From Bugula neritina (lineage: Eukaryota > Animalia > Bryozoa), in NCBI GenBank assembly GCA_964035545.1, contig OZ037767.1, positions 23,824,628 to 23,888,627 of the forward strand: a stretch of 64,000 bases of DNA, written 5' to 3'. Below are positions 36,901-49,900 of the stretch, in pieces. A program made the position numbers and the translations under genes. The notes under the pieces are model-generated. The model saw nothing but the letters and a program-made list of their open reading frames with translations. It made no database searches and was not told the DNA's origin. Numbering within the stretch: position 1 is the stretch's first letter; each line of letters begins with the position of its first letter.

Positions 36901-36923
36901 CTTCCTCCGATGTCCTCCATCAT
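33919..36923 (-). CDS. PHB2: Prohibitin-2
   Basis: Exons 36923-36806 (GC donor), 36146-36065, 35850-35771, 35606-35482, 34892-34742, 34628-34408, 34026-33919. Sequence [90 protein letters not shown] is of the PHB2 type. Confidence 0.97.
35255..35445 (+). mobile_element. tRNA-derived SINE copy in PHB2 intron 4
   Basis: ggagcagcagtggtctagag...aaaggccattggtgatgttaggaagtgcatctagtc...tgctcctgtgtc...ggtgactataaact, colinear with the 32753 copy. Confidence 0.8.
35883..35986 (-). ncRNA. Candidate intronic box C/D snoRNA in PHB2 intron 2
   Basis: On the transcribed strand, a terminal stem GCTGcAATTGA / TCAATTCAGC encloses a C box TGATGA and a variant D box TTGA. No target recognised. Confidence 0.25.
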
Positions 36924-37260
36924 AGAAACAAATCTCAAAACGTTTTGCTTATATAAATAAAAAACTAATGCTCCCAGAAAATGATGCAAACCGGCGTGAG
37001 CGTAAAATGCTGGGTGGTTGTAGGGTCTAGTTAACTAACTGCGCGATCATTCTAATAGTTGTATTAACAATGGGATTTTAACCTGCAAGACATTATTACG
37101 AGCACCTTTTTCTTGTGCACGGTTAAGAACCTGTCGTAAAAGATGAATATATTTACGATTATTAGAAAGCATGATGTATTTTCGCACAGTTAAAAAGGGT
37201 ATTTTTATGATTTAAAAATAAAAATCGCAGAGGCGTAGTCCTGCTCTCTAGCTTGTAGTT
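36924..37260. promoter_or_regulatory. Probable bidirectional promoter region for PHB2 and DAXX
   Basis: The genes are head-to-head (ATGs 1.2 kb apart) and CpG is locally enriched (ccggcgtgagcg, gcgcgatc, tcgcagaggcg). The DAXX ATG follows an acceptor at 38145, implying a UTR exon starting near here. Confidence 0.55.
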
Positions 37261-38153
37261 TAATTTTAGTAAAGAAGTTATTATTAATTCTTAGTATTTA
37301 TTTTGACAATAGAAATTTCTAAAACAAAATTTAAAGTACTAAAACGTAGTTCGGGTTCATTGAAATATCATTATGAATATTAGTAGTTATCAATATGAAT
37401 ATCTGTTCTTCATATTCATATTGATATTGATATTCATATTCATATTGATATTGTAATTGTTGTTCATTTATTGTATAACTGAAACTGTAAATGTAATTCA
37501 AATTAATTTTGTAAGACTAAGTATAACTATTACTTATTTGACATACTCTTAATTAAGTTATTGCTATAACTATAAGTATAAGTATTATAATACAATTACA
37601 TGTGTCTGTGAGTCTCAGTTAGTGTTACTTAATCTTATACTTATAGTTATACTTATTGCTTGTACTCATACTGTAGTTGTACTTGTAGTTCAAGTTGTTG
37701 CTTTAATAAATATATTTAATTTTGATTATAATAATTTATAATATTAATTCTGCCATTCAATTTTATAATTTAATAATCGTAATGGTATTTTACCATTCAT
37801 AATTTTAATTTATAGCAACTAGGCTATAACTTAGAACTTCTAAGTATAACTATAAGTACATATTTATATTAGTATTGATAATTAGGTTCATGTGTAAACA
37901 TGATATTAGTACCATATAACATTTTACTTATAGGTTAGGGCTAGCTAGTGACAATCACAACGTGCCTTGAACCCGATTCTTTTTATTGCTAGTGTATATT
38001 TAATTTAATATTACCATCACCACTATTACTAGCATTAGTACTAGTAGTAACTTACTATCCATTACAATATGAATAGACCGTTGATTAATTTAAGTTCCAT
38101 CTATAATAATAATGTGCCTGATTGTATTCTGTTTATCCACCTCAGTAAATAAT

Positions 38154-41100
38154 ATGTCCCTGGGAGTAAAAAAGCGTATACACAGTTCTGGTGTCGTGAG
38201 AGAACCCTTAACAAAGATATCTAAACATGAAAAAACTGACTTGCACTCAAAGGTATTCAAATCTGACTCTTACACATTACATATTTTTACATATTGGCAT
38301 AATTTGGCACCAGTGATAAGGTTTCTGTGCTGCTGTATTTTTTTCTGAAATAGTTTGACTAATATAGAGCTCTACATTCTCAACAAATGTACTTTTTATA
38401 TAAATTTTGTTTTGCAGAACAGTAATTGCATATGGGAAAACTGATGCCATATTAATAATTAATTAAAAATGTCATTGTTTAGCCAAGAGATTTATTTAAT
38501 ATATTTGTATAATGTTTATTTGTACTAATTTTTGTCCATAATATGCTTGCAGTGTATTTTATAGGAAAGTGACGACACCACCCTATCACAAATGGTAATG
38601 ACTGACTTGCTATCAGCCTGTAGATCTACTCTCAAACCACACGACGCTCAAGGTAAAAGTTAGAGTCAAAGTCAAAACCCACTTTACCTTTTAAAGTCTT
38701 TATTGCTTCCATATTTTGAAACTATGTTTCTGATCCAATAGTAAAAACTTTATACTTATTGTTTTGAAACGGATTGTTTTTTTTTATAGTATTTAGTATA
38801 TGTAATGTCTGTTGAGTGGTATTATAGAATTGAAATAGTGCTCCAACGTGTAGAATGTGTTGTGGAACATTTTAGGGGAAGCAATTTTAAGAAAGATACA
38901 GAAAATATATTCAAAAGCTAGTAAATCGTACGTTGAATCTGAAGGGTTTGTGCGGCGTGCTCAACAAATTAATAATGAAGTAAGATTATCTCCAAACAGA
39001 ATGTGGGTGTTGACCAATGAGTTCTTCCAAGAGCTTAAAGCATACAAGCAAAAGACTCAAGAGGTCGCTGATCCTCAACCATCGGCTTTAAAAGACGATT
39101 CTGTGAGCCAAACAGGAAGTGATGTAGCCAGCAGACAAGAGGAATCAGATTCTAACCAATCAGAAAGTAAAATACGCAGGGTATCTTCTAGTCAGTTACG
39201 TAGAATGGAAGAGTTACTTGAGTCACATCACAAAGAAATCCAACGGTATGAGCAGATGGAGCTTTCTTTTGATGACATGGAAAAAGACGATTCAACTTAT
39301 TTAATATGTGAAAGATTAAAGAGAAGAGCTGGGAAAATTTTTGACAGAATTTGTGAATTGAAAGGACGTTCAACTAGTAAAGGAGGTGCCAGGGAGAAGA
39401 AGTTTAAATACTCTGGCAGCCGATATCATGAACTCAATGTTCTTGTGCAGCGATTTGTAAACAAACAGGATTTTGAGGAGAGAATGCCTGATTACTCCGA
39501 TATTAAAAAGATTGTCAAACTATGCAATGAAAAACATAAGTACTGCTTGAATAAGAATCGAGTTACAGAATTGTCCAAAGAGGTATTACATATTTCAAAT
39601 TATTTTTAAATATGCGATTTAGTTTGTAAAATTTACACGTATGCCACATATTTTTATGATTGACAGGTTAAACTCATACAATTTAAGCATTTATTGTTTT
39701 TCTACTAAAATTTAAATTATCTTGGTTCAATTGCTAATCACTAATGAGTTTTACTATAATTCAAACGAGTGACCTTTTCTTTCCTGTGGAAGGTGTTTGT
39801 AGAGGTCGGAGGAATGATCTCTTCAACTCGGAAAAAAGACTTTGGGCAAGATTTTGGACCCGCCACTGCCAGCCGAGCATTTACCAATGATGTTGAAGAC
39901 CCCGCCACGTTTAGTTCAAGTCTGAAAGAGAAATTGAAAGCAAACCAGATAATTGCTGACAAAAACTTGAAAGAAGAGTTTCAGAGGGTAAGATATTACT
40001 CAATATTTCTTCAATGTAGGTGCTTAATACATTTATCACAGGTGGTAAGAATAGATAATTTGGTCAATCTAATATTCAGTTCAATGTCTTCGCCAATTAT
40101 CTCAAACAATATCTCAAATAGCTTACCAAAAAGCCTAGTAGTTGGCAGTAATTAAACAACTAGTATATTTGAAACTTCAAAAACTACTCCCAAGTGTTTG
40201 TGCACCTTCCTATTGAAAGTGGAACCTGCTTTAACTTTCACACACCATACTGTGAGATTTATAAATGGGTTTCAACTACCTGAAGCTAAGTGGCTGACTA
40301 CATGGTATATGATGTAACATATTAAATGAGGAACATATTTCCACCCTTCATGATGTACAAGTATACAAGTATTTTGTAACTATTGCAATATTAATTTAAC
40401 TTATAAGACCCAGAAAGCCTTTCTATGATGGTAATTTCTTGATATATACGTTCAATTCCTCATATTTCTCTCAGTGGGCCGACCAGCAGTCTAATGAGTT
40501 GGAAGAACAGTCTAAAGAGAAAGATGAAAATAGCAAGGAAGATGTAGAGGAAGATGGTGATGAAAGGTAAGACTCTCTCTCTTGTGCTGGGATATGCTTA
40601 TAGACTGTCTGTGGATATTCTGCTGTGTGGTTAGCAAGTTTCTTGCCCATGTGATCTGCTTAGGGTAGAATAAATATCTGAATACATTATTGATTCCATG
40701 TCTTGTACATTGGCCGCATTTAAGAGAATCACTTCACCATGTTATCTGCTGCTGGTAGGTAACAGAATATTCAAAGTGAATTCACCTTTTTAGTATAATA
40801 AATGATTAATCAATCAGTATATAGAGACTGTAGTGTAAGTAGGGTATAGAGGGAAAGATAATTATAGCCAAAAGTTTCAGCTAATTGTGATTCAGTAACA
40901 TGAGTAAGAATTGGGATATTGCATGTCTTCAAATGAGAGATATCCTCAAATTAATTGTTGTTTTACTCGAATTGTAGACGTAGCTGTTTCAGTGTGAGGC
41001 ATTGTAACCACGTAACTAACTTGTCAGGTTAATGAGAGTTGTTTAATTTACGTGCAAAATGCAGGATAACTGTAAGCTATCGTTAAATAGATTTTTTATT

Positions 41101-42730
41101 TTCATAACGTTCTCACCTATCCTCACCTATCTCCGCTCTGTCCTGACATGAACCATCTTTAATATTTTGGGTTTTTATCTTAAAAAAGATATTTAAGATA
41201 TTACACAAGTTGTTGACACCGGTTTTGCTAATCTTTTAGCTGTGAAGATTTAGATGATGCACTAACCAATGATGCGGAACAGAAGTTACTGGAATTGCCT
41301 CCACTTGAGACAAAAGATGGTGAGCTTAAGCTTTCAAATTCACTCCATAACATAACATACTAGCAATCATTCTTTATCTTTTCTACATCATGCATTTGAC
41401 TTCTATTCGCCGTAGTTAGCATATATTCTATTTTAACTTTAAAACATAGAATCTGCTAACTAACAAACATCTTGGATAACTCTGTGAACAGATTCTCATA
41501 TAATTCTACAGCCAAATTCTAAAAAAGAAGTTTTTTGAAGTTTGAAACTTGAATTATTACCTTATTTGTTTACTACTATCTCCCTGTTTAGTTATACTTG
41601 TAACTTAATTCTTGTTGGAAAGACTAGACAATGTTGTTTAAACTATATATGTAAGGCACTTATATACTTCTGTTGGACACCATAGAGCCCTGCTATATCA
41701 CTTTTTGCTCTTATGACTTTGTAACCAACGATATATGCAAACAGAATAATTATGAGTTAAAAGGAACGAAACTGGTTGCCAATATAAACTAAACACAGTT
41801 ATAGCTTGATACAGGAGATGTATGTTTAACTGCATTTAACGCTGTGGTGTTGGGAAGGGTCTATGTTGGTGGTTTCCAACATGGCTGCGGTTTAGGATTC
41901 ATGACACAATTATCTATCCAGCTAACAAACTCACCGATCTTCTGCTTGAATACTGCCCCTGAACATTTACACATGAGAAACCTTAGCTAACGTAGTTTAA
42001 GATGAGTACACCTACTGCTTGTAGGACATATTAACTCGTAATATGCTCAATTGACACTTTTGTTAGTGGTTGTGATTAATTCGCCTATATTTCTTGTAGA
42101 AATTGTTGATAGAAAGTAGTAATAAGCTGATAATTGATTTTTTATGTAATAAAAATTGATATATAATTTGTTGTCTATTACAAACCATTTCTGTTTCAAT
42201 AGATGACAACGATAAAGCAAGTGAACATTCCTCAACAGCAAAGGACTCTGATGGTGAAAGTCAAAGCTCATCAGGTAGTTGTTCATGTGTTACATGTTAT
42301 GGCTGTAGTTGTCGTTAGTACTGCCAAGATTTAACACTTCAATCATTTATCATCATTTTTCTTAATTTTCAGTTGGTAGAGGTAGAAGTCTTATTAACTA
42401 GTTTTTAAACATACTGATAGACCTCATCATCTGCTGGATATTCTCTGATCACTATGGCAGGTTACTTGTTCTTTAGATTCAGAATCAGACAGTGATAACG
42501 ATGACAAAGTCTCAGATCTCTCCAACCTCGATGAGAGTTCAAATTCCGGCACAGATGAGACGAATGAAGAGCAGAATGGGGAGAGCTCGTTGGCCACAGA
42601 TAATGATGCTCCGCTGCCATCAATATCTAAAAGTGACAACTTTATAAAACACCAATTAACTGAGGCTGATGTCGTACCCTCTCCACAACGTAAGCCAGAG
42701 GTCATCGAACTGGAATCTGACAGTGATTGA
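38154..42730 (+). CDS. DAXX: Death domain-associated protein 6 (H3.3 chaperone)
   Basis: Exons 38154-38252, 38565-38652, 38876-39582, 39793-39987, 40475-40566, 41240-41319, 42203-42274, 42477-42730. Helical bundle, histone-binding domain (EIQRYEQMELSFDDM..DSTYL..RLKRR..IFDRICELKG, YSGSRYHELN, PDYSDI, EDPA), acidic tract, and C-terminal SIM KPEVIELESDSD*. Confidence 0.92.
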
Positions 42731-43999
42731 GCACATAAGAGTTTTACTCACAATCGCTCATATCAAATTTTTTATTGAGAGAACAGAAATCAATGGCTTG
42801 TCAAGTCGAGGCTTAGAAAATGAATTTAAGTCAAACTCGTAGATGAGTCGGTTTGACTCAATTTTAGCACACCTTTAAGTTTTAAGTTCTTGGCACGAAT
42901 ACATTTTTAATATTTATTTAGTGGTAATACATCAATGGAAAGTTAATAAACTTGTCAAGTAGTTGAGCAAGCATATCAACTGAATAGTATATGGAGTAGA
43001 GAACTGTTGAGTACTTTACTCTGGAAATACTTAAGTCAATATGACTTAGGTCTAGCTTATATAGCTTACACATGTTTTGTTTAAAGTGTAAATATTTTGA
43101 AAAAATTGTCTCGACTTTTATAAATTTGTATATAAAGTATGGTGCAATTTACCTAGTTTAGACAATTATTGTAATCTTAGTGTTGAAGATGGTGATTATT
43201 TTGTATCAATCTAATCTTTTTGAATACCATTTTGAGTTATTTTGTTTCAGTTGAAACTCATTGTTATGATGCATTCATGTGTAATGACATTACATTTAAG
43301 TATATCTTACAATTACGAATAAATAATTTTATCAATTAAACATGCTAGTAGCAGTGTGTAAATTATGAGGAAGTATCCTTGTGCTATTTCATTAAAATTT
43401 TAGCACAAGTTGTTGAATCTAAGCTAACGCCAGCAAACTGCATGTGTGTGATTTTAGTAAATTGTCTTGCCATTGTTTATTGTTGTGGTGGTGCGGTGCA
43501 GTTGATGGACTAAGAAAGTATGGACCATTGAAATATAACTCTATGTAAACTACAAGTTTCGATTCAGTGGTATGAGCACATGCACACAACGAAATGCTAA
43601 AGGGTTTACTGCATTGCAATGCTTCATTCATCAAAAAATATATATATTGTAATACTTTTGGGTGAAGAACATTTGTAACCAATATAAATCACTTATTAAT
43701 GAATATGTATACCATCACAATTATTGTCCTAAAGGACTGATGATTGATCACTGAACTCGGAATTTTGTTAAAATATATAAGAAGACAACTCTAAATATGA
43801 TCTATTCGAAAACTGTTTATAATAGCCAAGCTTTCCATCTTCATTTTAGACTAAGGGTGGCTATCCTAGATTTATGTATAAATCAGCAAACGGGGGCTAT
43901 TTTAACAAGGTCTTTTCCAAAGGATTCTTTTGTCAGTATCATTATCATTATGATTATGATGTTTTTCTTTAAGCATCACTATTTTTTAGTTTAATTGCA

Positions 44000-46900
44000 A
44001 TGGACCGACGCTTTCTTACTAGTTTAATTGTTTTATCAATTTACTTTTTCATAAGTTGCCGTGGCTCTCAATTTGATCCATATGAAACTTTGGGAGTACG
44101 TAGGTATTCCTCTGCTGACGAGATAAGAAAAACCTACAAAAAGCTAGCTCGAGAATGGTAAGTGACTGAGTGAGATGTTCGAGTTTGCATTATACTTATA
44201 ATGATAATATAAATATTACTATAACTGTTCAATACAATGCCATTGCTTGTAATAAATCAAACCATAATATTAATTACTATGATTTAAGTATTAGTATAAC
44301 TATAAGTATAACGTATTATTATTATTATATTTAATTTTATTAATTCCTAGTTATTAGCCTAGTAGTTGTTCATCAAATGTAGTGAGTGACCTGGTGAAAT
44401 TGAGATAATATTAATAATAATATTTGTTATTGATATTATATTTATTGTCAGTTATATCACAGCCGGTTTATTTCCTTATAATTGACCTGGTGCTACCAGG
44501 CTGAGGTAGCTATGACTCGCCTTGCCTTTAAATGTGAACTGATCCTCGTATCATGTAAAAACGCACTCATCAAGCAAAATGTTTTTACATGGTAGGCATC
44601 CAGATAAGAATAAAGCTCCAGATGCAAATGAAAAATTTACAGAAATAAACAGAGCCTATGAGGTAAGTCACTAATATGAAAAAAATTATAAGATTACTAT
44701 TCTGAGTTATGTTTTATCTTTAGTTGCTTACTACTTTTAATTGAATTCCCAGATATTAGGAGATGAAAAAAAGAAAGACCAATATGACAGATTTGGTAAA
44801 GTGGAGGACTCTCCCAGCCGCCCACAGGGCAACGCCCAGTTTTTCCGGACTCCATTTGGGGACTTCCAATTTTTCAGTGAAGGCTTTGGGGGACCTGATA
44901 GTAATATAAACAGAATTACAGGAAGGTATGTTAATATTTCATTTTATGTGATCTAGAATCAAGATGTCTCTTATGTTGAAGAACTGATCTTATTAGTTGA
45001 ATTCATTATGAAATTAATGGTCTCTTATTTGTTAAAAAGGTTTAAATATTGAATCATATAGTGGTTTTTATGATATAATTATCATTTAAAAGGAAATAGT
45101 ACAATAAATAAAAAACTAAAAATTTAATTATTGAATTATGTGCATGTTTTAATTATTATACTATGACGTCTGCATACATGTATGAACATCAAAGAGCTAC
45201 AAATATTTACTGATTCTGCAGAATCTAAAAATTTGTGGTTTATTCAACTAGTAGTTCTGGAAGTGAGAATTCTTTTATATATAAAAATATCCCTATTCTA
45301 CGAAGCTTCTTCTGCTTGTTGCAACAATTTAATTCTATTCCAAAACTCTGAGTAGAGTTGCCTGTGTGTAATTATTAATTTTGATAAGACTACTAGAAAA
45401 TAGTAGTAGACCAGGATTGTTTATTTTGTTAGTACCAGTAAGGTGTGTTTGAACAGCTAATACAACACTCTGATACTGAACTAGTTGACAGAGGCGGGAG
45501 TTCTGATTAATTTGTTTAAAGTTTTAAACAATTTGAAAACCTGCGACTGTTTACCTTACTTATTTTGGTAACTAATTATAAAATGAAAACCTTGCTTTGT
45601 TGTTTAAAAGTATCCCTTCAAATAGAAAGATCTAATTATATATCTGATGTGTGAAAAGGTTGTGGCAGTTAAATTTCATTTTGTTGTAATTTATTTTCTG
45701 AATATTTCAACACATAAATCCAGTTTTTGTCATGTCTGTACAGTTATCCTTCTTTACATGAAAGCATTTTAAAAACTGAGTTAGTGTAATGCTTGTGTGT
45801 TCATTTTAAAAACTATTTTCCCATGAATAAATTATGTATAGGTGTAAAGATTTGAGGCACATGTAATAATTACTTGACATCTTTTTATGAACACATTCAC
45901 TTTAGATTTTTAAACAATTACTTTTCAATGTATACTGTTAGTTATGTATTATATTAAATACATATCAATAAAGAAAAACATGCATCTTTAAAACTTCTTT
46001 GCATAATTTAGTTTCCTTTCACGGCATTCTTTAATGAAAGAATGCTATTAGTTTTATTATATTCAAAGATAAGTATTTAAAACCTGATTTTTGTGATTTT
46101 CAATTGTTTTAGATTTCTCCAAAGTCGAGTTTTGCCTGAAAGTTTTACCAAGCCATATTTTTTCTTTGCAACAACAGACTTTTGTTTCAACTGCCTAAGA
46201 GTCCAGCCTATATGGAACCAGTTTACCAAAGATTTGGATATCTTAGGTGAGACAAGTGTTGGTTGCATAGTATCTATTCTAGTTAAAGAAAAACATGTAC
46301 TGGTAGGCCTACCATAAATTTAAAAAGCTGCCTTTGCAAAATATCATCCTTTCTAATGTAACTCTAATTAGTTTTTTAATACTTGCAATGTTTTTATCTT
46401 ACATTGAAAAATGTTCCACCTTGTATATAGTTATAACTTATAACTATACATGTATAAAAATAACAATACATGTATAAATATAACTTTACAGGCATAGATA
46501 ACTCCATATCGCTGAATATTGCCATTTCAATAATATTGAGCAACTTGGCAGCTCTTGTATTTCTTTCATTCAGAATTAGGATATGGTGTGGTGGATGTTG
46601 ACTATAATGGAAACGTTGTGTCAAGGCTTCGGATACCCAGAATTCCGTGCATCGGTGCAGTAGTCAACGGCAGGTCTATTATATTTGAGACTGAAGAGTA
46701 CAGCGCTAAGACCCTCAGAACATTTGCGAGAAAACTAATGCCTGATGACCTCATCATCACTGTAAGTATATGGCAGTCATCGCTGTAAGTGTAATACAGT
46801 CATTGCTGTAAGTGTATCGTATGGTAACTTCGGTAAACTTGTATATTGCGTAGCAACTGCTATAAGTTTGCCTTCATAGTTATTGCCATCTAGGTGGACA

Positions 46901-49900
46901 TGTTCACATTTCTGTATTATATTTTTGATGTTTATAACAATTGCATAAATTATGTACCAGGTAACTGATAACTCAATAGATGAGTTCCTTGGGGGGTACA
47001 AAGATAACAAAGTGCGGGTCATGTTCTTTGGGACTCAAGGCCTGCCTACTATGAGATTTCTTATTGCTCTCTACCAGCTACAGAGTGTTGCAAAGGCTAC
47101 TTATTTTGATCTTAACGCCATCACCTCCAATACCTTTATTGATAGGTAAGCGGGCTCTTATATGTACAGCGTACAGCCTAAAATGTCATTTTCTTACACA
47201 ATTATTGGTCCTCTCTCTCCATCACTAGTCACTTCTCATCACTAACTACTATCTCACTGTCACTAGGTGATCTCACATCACCAACCTGTTTTACTAGTCA
47301 CCTGTTTTACTAGTCACCTGTTTTACTAGTCACCTGTGTACTACTCACCTGTTTTATTAGTCACCTGTTTTACTAGTCACCTGTTTTACTAGTCACCTGT
47401 GTACTACTCACCTGTTTTATTAGTCACCTGTTTTACTACTCACCTGTTTTGCTAGTCACCTGTTTTACTAGTCACCTGTTTTACTAGTCACCTGTTTACT
47501 ATACGTATACTACTTGTTGTATTGTTGTAGATATGATGTTGAGACTGATCAAGAGACTCTACTTATATTTCATGAAGATCCTTCTTTCCCTGTTTATACA
47601 AGCAGTGTAAGTATATATGATACAGTTTATACAGTATATATGATACAGTTTATACAGTATATATGACACAGTTGCCCTGTACAATAGTTCCAATATGAAA
47701 CACTGTTGGTATGTAGTTATTAGCCTTCCAGGGAATAGAGTTTGTGTAACAGTACGCACACACTGTTGTTGCACGTGACACATATTGAGAGAGTTTACTG
47801 ACCATTGTGACTAATCTACATTCCCTTGAAGTAGTCTGTAGTTTTACTCTTTTCAACCTGCTGCAGAAGAAAGAATTTCAGACGTCAGATTTTCTGTCAA
47901 CCATCGGTTCTCACAAATACCTCAAACTACCTCGAATAGCCTCACCTGCCATATTTGATGAGTTGTGTCCAAGTAACCCGGGCCGAACAGGAAATAAGTG
48001 AGTTAGTTACTCAGTCTATATTCTTTGCCCTGCAGGTAACTGTTTTCTTACATCTTCAGGTTCAACTTTCTATCTCATTTCCTATGTTCAGGTGGTTTGG
48101 GTGTACTGTCTTTGTTTGCATTAAAGTGTCAATATTTCTACATCTACAATTAAATTATATATGTGTAATCTAGTGTGGCATTGACTAGACAATTTGCTGG
48201 TAGATTTATTCAGAAAATTTTAATTTGTTATGTGGCACTACCACTCTGTCTTGATTTTCCAATTCTGTAAACTTATATTTATTTCAGTTGTTGTAACAAG
48301 CTGTAGCCTGTAACACCTCAAATTTTTCCTGGTTTTGTTTTTCTTAGACTTCATTTACCAACACATCTTATAATTGTTCTTTGGTTATGAAATTGAAGCG
48401 CTTGGTTAATTATACTCATTAAATACAATTTAAAGTGTGTGCACTCTGCCATGTTATCTTACAGGTACTGTGTGATTCTGACATTTGCCTCTTCCAAGTT
48501 TGACAGTGTGGAAGTATCAGCATTCAGAGATTTCATCTCCGAAGTTGATGTTCCTACGACTACTAAGTTTGTGTATGCGTTTACCGATACCCAGCATTCC
48601 CTGTGCTCAACACTACAGCGACCAGTTGGAGACTTCAAGGTATGCTATACTGACTGCCATAAGCCCTTTCTCTGATGTGTCCACATGGGCTGTACACATA
48701 GCAAGTGTCGGATATACATGCGCATTGAATCAGTAGTTTTTTATACTTTTTTATGCTGCCTTTAAACTTTGAAGTTGAATTCATCAGTGAAATATAACAT
48801 TTCAAGTCCTATGAGATCAATTTAAGTTGATGCAATGTTTCCAAATGTTTTTATGGATGTTTTTAAAAATTGATTGGAAATGCTTAAATGCACCTGCATT
48901 CAATGAAATATTGTTTTTACATGTTGGAAATATTTTTTACAGAAATTACCCAAGACGGAATGTAACTGAGCTAGTTACATTGTCTTCTGGTCTTTTTGTT
49001 GTCTAATCATGTTACCTATTGGCCTTTTCCTCTGCTCTTTAGATAGTGATAATCTCCAGGAAGGAAAGTATGGATGTAGAGTACAGTTGGCTAGACTGGT
49101 GCGCTAGTGAGACTTGTCGCAAGCCACTGGAGGGCATTCTGGGTAGATTAGCTGTCAGTCAGTACAGATTCACAGATAGAAATATGAAGAGATATGATAT
49201 CAAGTGAGTCAGCATAATGTGGTTAACAAAGCAGTTTTGCCATCACTTTACAAGTACGGAAGTTATTTTATGCTCCAGATTTGAAGTTTGGGGGGAAGCA
49301 TTGCCTAAATGTGAACACAAAATTTTACTTTTATGCTAAATTGTAACTCTGTCAATAATTCTGCATATTTAACTATAGCTGAAAGTTAAAAACAAAAAAT
49401 ATGTAAATAGTAGCATAACTACCTTGACGGAATAGGTGCGGGTAGCCCTTACTACTCCATGCAGTTTATTACTTTTGATGTAATATCCTCTGGAATTAGC
49501 TGTAATATTTTTATTTAAAATAGAATTGCGCTTTAAGTCAGCAGAAGGATATCATTGCATCAGTATTCCACTGACGTACATGCAAATCTTAGTGCCTAGT
49601 TCTAAGTTATGAGAAGGTAATAAAGTAACTTGAGTTTTACTTTTGAAGGGACGAACTACAGCCTGGTTTATTTTATCGAATCCTGAAGAGGCTGAGAGAC
49701 TGGTGGGACCACTTCACTTATACATATTTTGATGGGTGAGTTAATACTAGCCACTGTCAGATACTATTCTTATTTACTCAGGGTGGGGGTGCTACTTACC
49801 CTTACATGTTTTGTGTATATTTCCAGGGATCACAGTCTAACTATTATAACTATAATATCCACAACTCTATGCATTGGAATCATCAGTTTCCTAGTCAACG

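Noticed and set aside
41860-41890. Hairpin ATGTTGG-tggttt-CCAACAT in a DAXX intron
   Set aside because: A single short stem with no H/ACA or C/D architecture; compatible with chance.
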